The notes: generated by a model not told the origin, from the letters alone. DNA of 64,000 nucleotides from Smithellaceae bacterium (GCA_963667845.2 CAXXVL010000001.1:192001-256000); one strand, 5' to 3'; positions 1 to 10,172 are shown, counted from the stretch's first letter. A program made the numbers and translations.

Positions 1-509
1 TGCAGGGGTCCATAGATCCACCAGAAGAACAGGTCGAGGAGTTGCTGCTCCGGAAAACGATGTGTCCACCAGGTCCCTAACCCGACGCCGATGAAGATGT
101 GGCGGACGATCTTATCCTGGTTGGGCATGAAACCGGCCAGGTGTCCGCCGGCGCTGTTTGCGATGTGGACAACGGGCACGCCGGGTGCCGCCGCGATCAG
201 CCGCTCGAGGGCCGCCGCCATGTCCAGCCGGCCCCAGTCCGGATAATCCATTTTGAATGATCTGAGGTCGGCGGGCGCCGACGCGCCGACTCCGCGGTAG
301 TCGTAAACGAGGCAGGCGGCGCCGCGCACCGCACCCACGCGCGCGAAGGGCAGATAAAATTCCTTGGGAAACCCGGTTGCCGCGGAGATGAGCACGGCCG
401 TGTGCGGCTGATCCGGAAGCAGCAATGTGCCGGCAAGCTCAAACCCGTCCGCCGCGGGAAACCTGACCTTGTTTTCAGATACCCTCTGTTCATCGCTTGC
501 GGCTGCCAT
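1..509 (-). CDS. Alpha/beta-fold hydrolase, 3' end outside window
   Basis: Manual translation (not in ORF track): MAAASDEQ...FPAADGFELAG...LVYDYRGVGAS...DWGRLDMAAAL...HIANSAGG (nucleophile-elbow Ser); GGAGG RBS upstream; frame open to window edge. Confidence 0.85.
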   Translation of the reverse strand, partial: MAAASDEQRVSENKVRFPAADGFELAGTLLLPDQPHTAVLISAATGFPKEFYLPFARVGAVRGAACLVYDYRGVGASAPADLRSFKMDYPDWGRLDMAAALERLIAAAPGVPVVHIANSAGGHLAGFMPNQDKIVRHIFIGVGLGTWWTHRFPEQQLLDLFFWWIYGPL

Positions 510-794
510 TCAAGCGCTTCCTCCCGATTGCTTTTTTGCCGGCGTCTCTTTTCCTCTGCAGAGGCAGGACCGGCATTTTGATGGAATACCGGTGCGCCGT
601 ACAGGTATTTTTCGAATCGTCAATCGGTATAACCCTGTACAAAGTCGCCGAGCGCGCCCTTTTGGTCGTGCGACGCCCTGATGGATCGACATGCCTTCTT
701 ACCAGCTTTTTGCAGGAAATGAAATAGAGTCAAAACCGTTGAACCTGAAAAGCCCGGACAAAATTCGCCCGCATTTTGCCGCCCAAATCGTCCT

Positions 795-823
795 TTGACA
801 CGCGTCCTCATTTTTCCTATACT
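795..823 (+). promoter_or_regulatory. Sigma70-type promoter of aminotransferase gene
   Basis: TTGACA (795-800), 17-nt spacer, TATACT (818-823). Confidence 0.7.
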
Positions 824-948
824 CTCCACGGTCAAGTTTGTTTCTGCCGGTAGCTGCGCCAGAGTTCGCGCAATGCCGCCGGAAGCGCCGGACTGATCTT
901 CGCTTTTTGAGGAGTGCTGCGGCTCTGATCCTATTGAGGAGGACACTG

Positions 949-2187
949 ATGAAGCTCTATGAATTTACTAAATCGTACCAGCTGTTTGAGGAAGCGCAGA
1001 AGTATCTGCCCAATGGCATTTACGGGCCCCGCACGCCGGCCTTCCTCACTTTCGGATCTTATCCGGCTTTTATCAAGCGCGGCGAAGGCTGCCGGATCTG
1101 GGATGTGGATGGGAATGAATTCATCGATTACATGTGCTCCTTCGGGACTAATCTGCTGGGGCTGAAGAATCCGAAAGTGGACGCGGCGGCGAAGAAACAA
1201 TGGGAAAACGCCGACTGCTTCACGCTGCCTTCGGATTTGTGGCTGCCGCTGGCCAAAAAGATGGTGGAGACGATCGACGGCCTCGACTGGTGCGTATTCG
1301 GGAAAAACGGCTCGGACGTGACCTCGTACGCGATCACCCTGGCCCGGGTTTACACCGGGAAAATGGACATCCTGCTGGCAAAGGGTTCTTATCACGGATC
1401 CCACTTCTGGTGCCAGCCGCACGGACAGGGCGTGCCCGATGAGTGGAAAAGCCACATATACTATTTTGAATACAACGATGCGGAGGACTTCAAGCGCGTC
1501 TGGGCCGAGCATCAGGGCACCGTTGCGGGCGTGGTGCTCACCCCGCACCGTCACGACGCCATGCGGGACCAGGAACTGCCGAAGCCCGAGTTTGTTGATG
1601 CGGTCAACAGCCTTGCCTCAAAAGACGGTTTCATGGTCATCATCGACGACGTCCGCTGCGGATTCCGCCTGGACATCGCGGGAAGCTCGAAGCATTACGG
1701 CTGGAAGGCCGATATCCAGTGCTTCGGCAAGGCCATGGCCAACGGCTACGCCATTTCCGTGGCCGGAGCACGCCGCGAGCTGATGGAGGCGGCCAAGACC
1801 ATCTTTTTCACCGGCACCCATTTCTTCTCGGGCGTTCCCTTTGCCGCTGCTCTGGCCTGCATCGACGAAATCCAAGAGAGCTCCGCTATTGAATATATTC
1901 ACCGGATGGGAACGATGTTCATGAAAGGACTTGCCGATGCGGCAGCGGCGGAAGGTCTGAAAGTGAGCGTCACCGGTCCACCGGCCATGCCCTACATGAC
2001 GTTTGCCGATGATCCGCTGTTTGAGACCAACCGGTTCTTCTGCGGCGAGGCGGCCCGGCGGGGCATCTTCCTCCATCCGCACCACAACTGGTTTGTTTGC
2101 GCGGCCATGCAGGAAGCGGATATTCAAAAGACACTGGATGTCGCATCCGTTTGCTTCAAGCTCACCAGGGAAAAGATCGGCGGCTGA
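949..2187 (+). CDS. Class III PLP-dependent aminotransferase (glutamate-1-semialdehyde aminomutase-like)
   Basis: WDVDGNEFIDY, GKNGSD, YHG, IDDVRCGFR and CFGKAMANG (PLP Lys) motifs; GAGGAGG RBS before ATG 949. Confidence 0.85.
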   Translation: MKLYEFTKSYQLFEEAQKYLPNGIYGPRTPAFLTFGSYPAFIKRGEGCRIWDVDGNEFIDYMCSFGTNLLGLKNPKVDAAAKKQWENADCFTLPSDLWLPLAKKMVETIDGLDWCVFGKNGSDVTSYAITLARVYTGKMDILLAKGSYHGSHFWCQPHGQGVPDEWKSHIYYFEYNDAEDFKRVWAEHQGTVAGVVLTPHRHDAMRDQELPKPEFVDAVNSLASKDGFMVIIDDVRCGFRLDIAGSSKHYGWKADIQCFGKAMANGYAISVAGARRELMEAAKTIFFTGTHFFSGVPFAAALACIDEIQESSAIEYIHRMGTMFMKGLADAAAAEGLKVSVTGPPAMPYMTFADDPLFETNRFFCGEAARRGIFLHPHHNWFVCAAMQEADIQKTLDVASVCFKLTREKIGG

Positions 2188-2300
2188 GGCGCGCGACTCG
2201 GGGCGGTTCAACTCTGTGGCGCGTTCAAGCTTGCAGTTTGAACCCATTCAGTTTTTTCTTTTTCATGATTGGAATAGGCAGTTGAATCTGCAGCAGGATC

Positions 2301-2366
2301 AAATGACGGGTTCAATCAGCATGATTGAGCCTGCGAAAGAGATTTCGCTGCATTGAATGGTTATCA
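2301..2366 (-). other. Degenerate attC-like imperfect inverted repeat
   Basis: Minus strand TGATAAC..CAAT(G)CAGC..GCTGATTG..GTCATTT, 5 nt after stop of 2372..2851. Confidence 0.35.
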
Positions 2367-2371
2367 TATCA

Positions 2372-2851
2372 TCATTGCTTTCTTGAATATGTATGATTGC
2401 AATACGAACCGCCATTTCCAATGGTTTGTTCTCTTGCAAAATTCCAATATTCCTTATTTTCCTTTGCATGCATCCAATCTCCTGCACATGAGTATTTGCA
2501 TAGCTCTGACAGTCCAAATAGTGTCAGCATTTTTGTGACAGGACAAAACTGAAATCTGAATTCAATTTTGTCCTGTGTTTCATTTTCAATTCTTAAATGC
2601 AGAAGTTTCCTGAAAAATAAAAAGTTTCTTTTAATTTTTTGCTTAAATATTGGAAATTCCAGTTTTGAATTTATACGCGGGACTATTACTTTCGCTACTA
2701 ATGTAGCTGCCAATATCAGTTGCTTACCTACAATTCGAATTGATCTTTGTTTTCCCAAAAATGGTATTAATGTATAGGTCTGTAAAACAAAAGGCAGGGT
2801 GAATATAAAAACAAGTAACCATGATAATACCAGCAACGAAAAATATTGCAT
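2372..2851 (-). CDS. L-2-amino-thiazoline-4-carboxylic acid hydrolase-like family protein, AT-rich
   Basis: FCPV..LCKYSCAGD..REQTIGNGGSYCNH pattern typical of the family; markedly AT-rich. Confidence 0.6.
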   Translation of the reverse strand: MQYFSLLVLSWLLVFIFTLPFVLQTYTLIPFLGKQRSIRIVGKQLILAATLVAKVIVPRINSKLEFPIFKQKIKRNFLFFRKLLHLRIENETQDKIEFRFQFCPVTKMLTLFGLSELCKYSCAGDWMHAKENKEYWNFAREQTIGNGGSYCNHTYSRKQ

Positions 2852-3305
2852 ATCACTTCACATAGATGATGGTTAAGCGGCCTGTTCCGGACTCGGCATG
2901 ACAAATCGCATGTTCTTGGAACCTGTTTTCTCAACCGGCGGGCATGCTCACAGGTGATTTTGTGTTTGTCGCCGATTTCCGGAGCGATGAAATTTCAACT
3001 TCTAAACTTCCTTAACCGGGATGCTGTGCTCTCATCTTGATCAAGCGGCGTTAAAATGCAGCTGTGTATACTCGCCGGTCGTTGCCTCAATCTAATCTCA
3101 GGGAGTAAAGTAAACAATAATAGTTAAATGGCAGGATATTGACAGATGGAAACTGCTATGAAAGATGCAATGGAAGCATCGAGAAACAAAACCCTATCAG
3201 GGTAATGGAAAATGGGTTCAGGTTTCGAGATATCAGTTTGGAAGAAATGGTGCCCTGCTTTTCAGTTCTTGACGTTTGGCCGCGACAACCGACTACTTGA
3301 ACAAA

Positions 3306-3488
3306 TTAAAGATACTTATTACAAATGAAAATAGCAGTAACATCGTATATAAAATAATAAATACCTCCGGTGACCTGTAATCTTTGTATCTTTGTATCCA
3401 TTAAATGGTGAAATTTCCCATCCTTATAAATCCACAAAAGCATTGCTGCTGAAAAAAATATTATAATAATCCATAAAGCTATATTCAT
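3306..3488 (-). CDS. Small AT-rich membrane ORF or gene fragment
   Basis: 60-aa ORF with hydrophobic N-terminus; no recognisable motif. Confidence 0.25.
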   Translation of the reverse strand: MNIALWIIIIFFSAAMLLWIYKDGKFHHLMDTKIQRLQVTGGIYYFIYDVTAIFICNKYL

Positions 3489-3619
3489 CGGATAATCCTT
3501 TTTTTATTATGCTGAGCGTACCAGCGAACGTGCTTCAAAATATCAAACCGTCTTTCTGCAATCAAGTATGAATTCACCTCCAGGAGATGGACAATTGACG
3601 GTGATAAAAAGGACATCCT

Positions 3620-3767
3620 GCCCTTCAAAGCTATTTTTGCCTTGAATGCAGATGCATGATTCCTTTCCGGTCTTTTGCTCATATGACACTTCCCCCGCCT
3701 TCTTCTTTTTGCATTATGGAGCAGCTTTCCCGGGTATGTCACTGTCTCGTTTTGCCGGACCAGCTCA
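3620..3767 (-). mobile_element. IS3-family left-end remnant (IRL plus about 20 codons of orfA)
   Basis: Minus strand TGAGCTGGTCCGGCAAAACGAGACA (3767-3743) resembles IS3 IRs; ATG 3682 MSKRPERNHASAFKAKIAL matches the IS3 OrfA N-terminal pattern, then similarity is lost. Confidence 0.7.
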
Positions 3768-3898
3768 CTATGATCTATCCCGGAAACTTGCATCACACCC
3801 AAGTTAGCGTTCGGTCATTTTGTATGTGGCAAGATATTCCTTGACTGCTTTCCAACGAACCATTAGAACTTTAGAAAAATAGCGGAAAGGAATAAATT

Positions 3899-5461
3899 AT
3901 GTGCTCTCGAAAATTAAAGCTGATTGTGGCTGTCTTGTTCACTGTTTTCAGTCTTGCTGCCTGCAACCCGGGTGATGATTTTCCGAGCCCTGGCGTAACA
4001 CCGCCAGCTGCACCGGGAATTCCGACCGTTACTGCCGGTAATGCACAATTGACAGTTACCTGGACCGCGGTAACAGGTGCAACCAGCTATGAGGTGTACT
4101 TCAACACAACAAACAATCTATCAACTGCAACACTTTTTGCGGGCGACCCCGACAATACAGATACTACCTGCATTATAACAGGGCTCACGAATGGCACTCC
4201 GTACTACGTCTGGGTAAAGGCGAAGAACAGCGCAGGGACGAGCGATGCAAGCCCCGTCGCGACGGGAACGCCAGTCGCTGCCTCGTGGCCCGGTACGGTA
4301 CAGTTCGGAAGCACCGAATTTGATTCGGCTGAGGGGATTGCCCTGGATGCCAGCGGCAATATCTACGTCGGAGGCTATACATATGGCGCCTTCCCCGGCT
4401 TTCCACGTGCTACTACTGACGGCGACGCTACTATTGTAAAGCTTGACCCTTCAGGCACCATCACTGGGTCATATCAGTCGCTGATGGCTAACGACGATTA
4501 TATCTATGGCGTCGTCGTCGATGGAGAAAATAATCTGATTGTCACGGGGATTAAGCACGATATCGACTATAACGCCACGTCCTTCATCAGTAAATACAAT
4601 TCCGACCTGACGCTTCTTTGGTCGAGAGACTTTCCGATAACCGATTACAGAGCTTACGCGGTTACCGTGGATGGCAGCAACAACATATACGCCGCCGGGG
4701 ATACGCCTTCGCCTTTCGGCAATGGCTTTGTCATCAAGTACGACAAGGCGGGGAACTACCAGTGGACGGGGACCGTAGGGACCGCAACGGATGAGAGGGA
4801 AATAAAGGGAGTGGCAACGGACGGCAGCCATGTCTATATTACCGGAATGACGATGGGGACGTTTCCAGGCAACTCTCTGGTGGGAGAATACGATGCCTTT
4901 GTCGCGAAGTTGAGACAGACAGACGGAGTCCAGGTCGCAGTCAAGCAGTTCGGAACGACTCAAAACGATGACCCTCGAAGAATAGTTGTGGATTCAACTA
5001 GAAATGTCGTGTGGGTAGTCGGGTACACCAATGGAAGTTTCCCGGGGTTTACGATCGCCGGTGCTTCTGATGTTTTTGTTGCGAGGTTGGGGACGGCCGC
5101 ACTCGATCTCCTGGATACCAAGCAGTTCGGCACTGTGGGTGGGGGTAACGATGAGGCCTGGGGGATCGATCTGGATGCGAGCGGCAATGCCTATGTGGGG
5201 GGGTGGGTGTACGGAGCCATTGATGGAGAGACATTTGCCGGGGGCTCGGACGGTTTCCTGATCAAGTATGACCCAACCGGAGCGAGGCTGTGGACAAGGG
5301 AGTTCGGAAGCGCTGCCAATGAAAATGTTAAAGCTGTGAAAGTCGCCGGGGGATATGTCTACGTAACCGGTTATACCTATGGTACGTGGGATGGCAGCAC
5401 GCAAATCGGCAACGGTGATCAATATGTGGTTAAGTACAGCACTGCCGGAGTCAAGCAATAA
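3899..5461 (+). CDS. Lipoprotein with fibronectin type III domain and SBBP beta-propeller repeats
   Basis: Lipobox SLAA-C; FN3 (LTVTW..GATSYEVY..GLTNGTPYYVWVKAKN); repeated D-x-SGNIYVGGYT..G..DAF..KYD blades. Confidence 0.85.
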   Translation: MCSRKLKLIVAVLFTVFSLAACNPGDDFPSPGVTPPAAPGIPTVTAGNAQLTVTWTAVTGATSYEVYFNTTNNLSTATLFAGDPDNTDTTCIITGLTNGTPYYVWVKAKNSAGTSDASPVATGTPVAASWPGTVQFGSTEFDSAEGIALDASGNIYVGGYTYGAFPGFPRATTDGDATIVKLDPSGTITGSYQSLMANDDYIYGVVVDGENNLIVTGIKHDIDYNATSFISKYNSDLTLLWSRDFPITDYRAYAVTVDGSNNIYAAGDTPSPFGNGFVIKYDKAGNYQWTGTVGTATDEREIKGVATDGSHVYITGMTMGTFPGNSLVGEYDAFVAKLRQTDGVQVAVKQFGTTQNDDPRRIVVDSTRNVVWVVGYTNGSFPGFTIAGASDVFVARLGTAALDLLDTKQFGTVGGGNDEAWGIDLDASGNAYVGGWVYGAIDGETFAGGSDGFLIKYDPTGARLWTREFGSAANENVKAVKVAGGYVYVTGYTYGTWDGSTQIGNGDQYVVKYSTAGVKQ

Positions 5462-5482
5462 ACAGGATAGATAATCGAGAAT

Positions 5483-5520
5483 AGAAAAGGCAGAGCCGCG
5501 GCTCTGCCTTTTCTTATTTT
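5483..5520 (+). terminator. Intrinsic terminator
   Basis: Perfect palindrome AGAAAAGGCAGAGC-CGCG-GCTCTGCCTTTTCT plus T-rich tail, about 20 nt after stop. Confidence 0.8.
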
Positions 5521-5796
5521 TGTACAGAGTGGATAGAGGGATGCTGCTGATTTATTAAATCAGCATGCTCGGCTGGTAATCATGATTTTGAGAAGAAGAT
5601 CGTAAGACTGACAAGTCGTGTGTTACAGCGGAAAATACCCGGACCTGGGGAAGGTAATAAGACTGATTTAATGTTATGTCGCCTGAATTACGTAAGAGCG
5701 TCTGCAATGGGCACCAGCTATCGAAATGAGTCTTCTTCCCCAGATGGGAGAACGGTCGATCATAAAATACTATACTTATTCGGATCGGCTTTGGGA

Positions 5797-6282
5797 TTAT
5801 TCCTGGGGAGGCTCTTTTTCCTCCAGAACGTAGCGAACCTTGAGCGATAAGTCCGGGCGCAGAGAGTTATAAACGGAACAGTACTTGTCACGTGACAGGG
5901 CAATGGCGCGCTCCACTTTCTTCGGGTCCAGATGATTTCCGGCAATGTGTAGAACGATGTCGACGGCTTTGTAATATTGCGGCGGCGTCGGATTGCGCTC
6001 CCCTTCAATTTCCACCCGAAAACTCGCCGGTTCCATCCGCATCTTCTTCAGGATCGACATGACATCAATCCCCAGACAGCCGGCCAGGCTCAACAGAAGG
6101 GCCTCCGTCGGTTTGCATCCCCACTGCGCCTGGGCATCGAATTCAATCTCGTATCCCTGCGGCGTGGACCCGGTGAACACCAGATCACGCTGCCAGACCA
6201 GAGCGGTCTTCACGACCTGATCAATCTTTTGCTTGTAGCCGGCGGCCTGCAATTCATCGGAAATATCTTTGTCCTCAGCCAT
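5797..6282 (-). CDS. OsmC/Ohr-family (YhfA-like) protein
   Basis: PTEALLLSLAGC..DV..IL.KMR and ALSRDKYCSV motifs; start reassigned to ATG 6282 after GAGGTG. Confidence 0.85.
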   Translation of the reverse strand: MAEDKDISDELQAAGYKQKIDQVVKTALVWQRDLVFTGSTPQGYEIEFDAQAQWGCKPTEALLLSLAGCLGIDVMSILKKMRMEPASFRVEIEGERNPTPPQYYKAVDIVLHIAGNHLDPKKVERAIALSRDKYCSVYNSLRPDLSLKVRYVLEEKEPPQE

Positions 6283-6484
6283 GTCTTTCACCTCTTGCGC
6301 GACAGTATATACGGGCACGGCATCCGGGTCAAATATTTGTTGGCCGCAAATGCCATAGCAAGCAATGGCCGGCGCGCTCGGGGACCGCGCCCTGCATACC
6401 GGCGTTGAGTCGGAGCAAACCGGCGGGATGCCGCTGAAATCCGAGGGACGGAAGGACATGCGGTATTGTCCCCCTTGATTCCCC

Positions 6485-7162
6485 TCAATCCTTCAATCCC
6501 CGGTGCGTCTTCCAGTATTCATATTCGTACGGCCATTCCTCTCTGCGGTATTGCATCAGAGAACGCATGCGCTCATGGAACGTCCGTGTCACCTCCGCGT
6601 ATGCGGAATTCTTTTCCTTGTTTTTCCAGGCCTGGACAAGCCTCTCGCCCAGGGCCCAAGCCCTTTCCACGATCTCCGAGGGAAAATCATAATCCCGGAT
6701 CTGCCCCATCGTCGCCCAGACGGCGCCAACCGGAACCGCACCCGTAATGGCGAGAAAATGCTGCATGTAGTCCGCGATGGGCGCTTCATCGCCGCCGCCC
6801 GACGTGACCACGGCCGCACCGTATTTCCCCCCGAACTCCTGCAGATGAAGCACACCGGCGCATCGGTCAAAGAAGGCTTTCAATTGAGCGGAGACATGAA
6901 ATATATAGTTGGGACTTGCCAGAATAATGCCGTCGGCTTTATCGATGCTTTCCCTGATCGCCCCGAAAGAGTCCTTCTGCGGGCATATGCCGTCCCGGTG
7001 ACAGATATCGCAGGCTCTGCACGGTTTGATCTCATGGCCCTTGATGGTAAAAATTTCCGTGTCGGCTCCCTGCCGCGCGGCCCCCTCGATCACGATTTGC
7101 GCGAGCCTGCCGGTCGCTCCTTTTGTGCCTCGGGGACTGCCGATAATCGCAGTGATCTTCAT
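6485..7162 (-). CDS. Iron-sulfur flavoprotein / multimeric flavodoxin family
   Basis: IIGSPRG, C-x2-C-x2-C-x5-C, ADGIILASPNY, LKAFFDR. Confidence 0.9.
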   Translation of the reverse strand: MKITAIIGSPRGTKGATGRLAQIVIEGAARQGADTEIFTIKGHEIKPCRACDICHRDGICPQKDSFGAIRESIDKADGIILASPNYIFHVSAQLKAFFDRCAGVLHLQEFGGKYGAAVVTSGGGDEAPIADYMQHFLAITGAVPVGAVWATMGQIRDYDFPSEIVERAWALGERLVQAWKNKEKNSAYAEVTRTFHERMRSLMQYRREEWPYEYEYWKTHRGLKD

Positions 7163-7423
7163 ATGCATTTCCCTCCCCATGAATGGTATCTGTCCTTGAA
7201 TATTTACCACGTTTAGAATTGAAGTTCCCCATCTTTTTTATCGACAGGGATGGCCTCGGGCCGAGGGAGTTCTCTGCAACATTCTCTTTGATTTACTGAA
7301 ACCCGACGTGATAGATTATGAGTGTAAGATAGCGGTGAAGAAAAGTGCGCAGATAGACGGCGTCCGGTGCATTGCATTTTTAGAGTGAGCCGCTCATGCG
7401 GTTCCGATGAGTGCGGCGCGCTA

Positions 7424-7482
7424 TAATCAACCACCTCGCAGCAAGCTGCGGAGAATTAACGCTCGTCCCGCTTAAGCGGGAT
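7424..7482 (+). repeat. REP-like dispersed repeat, short form, copy 1
   Basis: 55/59 nt identical to reverse complement of 36769..36827. Confidence 0.9.
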
Positions 7483-7522
7483 CAAAACGAAGTCCATCTA
7501 TAAGTAAAAGGAGGAACACATC

Positions 7523-8425
7523 ATGACTAAAGTATTGAGAGTGATTATCTTTCTGGGTGCCGTAGCCATCGGCGGCCAATTGCTGTTCTCAGGAACCTTG
7601 TCGGCGGCGGAATCGGGAAGCGCGGGACAGGCTAAAATCGTCCAGAGCGGAGCGATTCTGACTGTGGCCGAATCCAAGAGGCTGATCGGCAAGGCTGTGG
7701 CACAGATGCCGGTTGTGAGGAGTGCTCTTGCCAACGGTATGGTTATCGTCATTAAGGGGACGACCAATGCCTACGTTGCGGAGGAGATCGCCGGGAATAA
7801 ATCCAATCATGCAGCTTTTGTGACGGGAAGAATTGAACCCGAAAAAGGGACCAAATACCTGCCCAAGACCAAACCCGTCAATCACCTGATCCTGGAAAAA
7901 GGCAAGGTCCTTGATATTTCCCTGGAGGAGGCCGCGAAAAAACTGAAGCGAGGCGATGTTGTGATCAAGGGGGCGAATGCCCTGGATTACAAGAACAAGC
8001 TAGCTGCGGTCAATATCCTCCATCCCGAAGGCGGAACAACGGGAACCACTATGCCCATCATCGTGGCACGCAAGGTTAACCTTATCATTCCGATCGGGCT
8101 GGAGAAGCTGGTTGCGGGTGATCTCGTGGATCTGACCCTGAAGATGCGCGACCCGATGGAGACTTTGTCTCCCCCGGCCGGCAGTTGGAAGGGGCTATTT
8201 CCCGGGCACAATATTCCCTCCATGTGGCTCCTGACCGGAGAAATTGTGACGGAGCTGGAAGCCATTAAGATATTGACGGGAGCAGAGGCCTTCCAGTGCA
8301 GCGCCGGCGGTGTCAGCGGAGCGGAGGGGAGCGTATGGATTGTTTTTCGCGGAACCCGGGATCAGGTAAAGAAGGCCCTGGAATTGACAAAATCCGTCCA
8401 GGGGGAACCTCCTTACACTGAATAG
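7523..8425 (+). CDS. Hypothetical protein with N-terminal signal peptide
   Basis: 300 aa, AAGGAGG RBS; LTVAESKRLI, KGTTNAYVAEE, KGANALD and IPIGLEKLV blocks look like an uncharacterised conserved family. Confidence 0.75.
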   Translation: MTKVLRVIIFLGAVAIGGQLLFSGTLSAAESGSAGQAKIVQSGAILTVAESKRLIGKAVAQMPVVRSALANGMVIVIKGTTNAYVAEEIAGNKSNHAAFVTGRIEPEKGTKYLPKTKPVNHLILEKGKVLDISLEEAAKKLKRGDVVIKGANALDYKNKLAAVNILHPEGGTTGTTMPIIVARKVNLIIPIGLEKLVAGDLVDLTLKMRDPMETLSPPAGSWKGLFPGHNIPSMWLLTGEIVTELEAIKILTGAEAFQCSAGGVSGAEGSVWIVFRGTRDQVKKALELTKSVQGEPPYTE

Positions 8426-8482
8426 GAAATTACCGGGGCGTGAAAGAGGAACGCTCCTGAAACTGTCAGTTCATGGTAAAAG

Positions 8483-8512
8483 AAAAGCCGGGAGTCGCCG
8501 CCCGGCTTTTTT
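8483..8512. terminator. Intrinsic terminator, probably bidirectional
   Basis: AAAAGCCGGG-N8-CCCGGCTTTTTT between convergent genes. Confidence 0.75.
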
Positions 8513-8693
8513 CCGGTGTGGAATGGCTTCATCAGGCGCGCCGCTCCTCTTCTCCCGGTCCACATTATTTTGATATTTTGTGTCTTTGTCTTCAGGAGAC
8601 ATAACACTTAATTCCGAATTACCTTTGCATTATCAAAAAACTTAAAATTTTAGGGGCGTTCTTTCTCTTCTCTCATCGGCTCTCATTGCCGCT

Positions 8694-9026
8694 TCAGAGA
8701 TTGCCTGTTTTTTTCTTACCGGCCTCAGCAATCGCAATCATTGACGCCGCTGTGGCATCGCCGACGACCTGCAGCAGATCCTTCTGGTCCAACGAGACAA
8801 TTAATGATCTCTTGCTGTTTAATTCTTCCAGGACTCTGGCAATAATCCGGTCTTCGGTAGAGCGGTCGATTTCGAGCTCTTTGAGCTTTTGCATATCAGC
8901 CCCGTCAGGAAAATGGAAATTCATCTTATGATCATTTTCCTCATGGCCAACATTATTCTGATCTATGTGTTCTTTGATCTCCGCGATCATGAACCTCACT
9001 GTAGTATGAACATTTTCCCAACTCAT
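8694..9026 (-). CDS. Hypothetical protein
   Basis: 110-aa ORF with CAGGAG RBS; no motif recognised. Confidence 0.55.
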   Translation of the reverse strand: MSWENVHTTVRFMIAEIKEHIDQNNVGHEENDHKMNFHFPDGADMQKLKELEIDRSTEDRIIARVLEELNSKRSLIVSLDQKDLLQVVGDATAASMIAIAEAGKKKTGNL

Positions 9027-9428
9027 GAATTGCTCCTGTCAATATTCAATCAGCGTCACGCCTTTTTCTGATGAATTACAGCAATCACCGGATATATGCA
9101 AATGAATTCACCAAATAATAGATGAGCCGGGAAGAGACTTGCCCTTCGCGCTCCGGAACGGACCAATTCAGTCTTGTTTTCCGATATTTGCTTCACAACT
9201 AAACAACAACCGGTCCTGGAATCCAAGTTTCCGGCCGCTATTTTCCGGGCGGTCTTTATGGTGACGGAGTCATTGAATTGTGATAGAAAGAAACGAAAAG
9301 GATGTGTTCCAAAACCTGCTGGCGCGCATTCTGCAAATCACTGGCGCGATGCAGCGGCAACCCGTGAGAATGTATCCCATCGGGGCATTGATGATTCGAG
9401 ACTGATCAAATATCGTTAAAGAGGCCTT

Positions 9429-10172
9429 GTGAAAAAACCGGTGAAAAAAATATTGATCGCTTTCAGTGTCGCAATCGGTCTTGTGGTCTTGCTTTGCGGC
9501 GCGTTTGTTGTCAAACTTGCCGTCGAAGTCGGCAAAATGTCTTCAATGAAAACACAAAAAGTCACTGACGGCGTCTATGCCGTCCAGGACAAATTCGGCA
9601 ACCTGTTTCTCATTAAAAGCGGTGACCGGTATATTGCTGTCGATGCGGGGGATAATACGAAAAATGTTCGGCGGGAGTTGGCCAAATTACGAATCGATCC
9701 GAAAAAAGTTGTGGCCGTGCTGCTGACGCATACGGACTCCGATCACATTGCGGCGCTGGATCTCTTTTCCAACGCCTCGATATATATTTCCAAAGCCGAA
9801 GAACAAATGATTAATGGACAAACCTTCCGCACCCTATTTTTTAATAATAAATTCGATTACAAGTATAATACGCTGGAAGACAATCAGGTGATCGAATTGG
9901 CGGGATTAAAGGTCAGGGGGATTTTAACCCCCGGTCACACACCCGGCTCGATGTGTTACCTGATCAATGACACCTATTTATTTACGGGCGATTCCCTGAG
10001 TTTAAGAAACGGGAAGGTCGACATTATGAACGACTTCTTCAATATGGATTCTGAAGCGCAGCGGGTATCTCTCAAGAAGCTGGCAGCTCTGCCGGACGCG
10101 AAATATATTTTTACAGCGCATTATGGATTTACAGATCATTATCAAAACGCTTTTGACGGCTGGAAGAATTGA
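9429..10172 (+). CDS. Metallo-beta-lactamase-fold hydrolase, N-terminal membrane anchor
   Basis: THTDSDH, TPGHTPGS, LFTGD, TAHYG. Confidence 0.85.
   Translation: MKKPVKKILIAFSVAIGLVVLLCGAFVVKLAVEVGKMSSMKTQKVTDGVYAVQDKFGNLFLIKSGDRYIAVDAGDNTKNVRRELAKLRIDPKKVVAVLLTHTDSDHIAALDLFSNASIYISKAEEQMINGQTFRTLFFNNKFDYKYNTLEDNQVIELAGLKVRGILTPGHTPGSMCYLINDTYLFTGDSLSLRNGKVDIMNDFFNMDSEAQRVSLKKLAALPDAKYIFTAHYGFTDHYQNAFDGWKN

Noticed and set aside
3485..3802. 105-aa ORF as a real gene
   Set aside because: Chimeric read-through across the IS3 inverted repeat and orfA remnant.
5545..5563. Palindrome GCTGATTTA-T-TAAATCAGC as operator or dif-like site
   Set aside because: It lies between convergent gene ends, is single-copy, and does not match the XerC/XerD arm layout.
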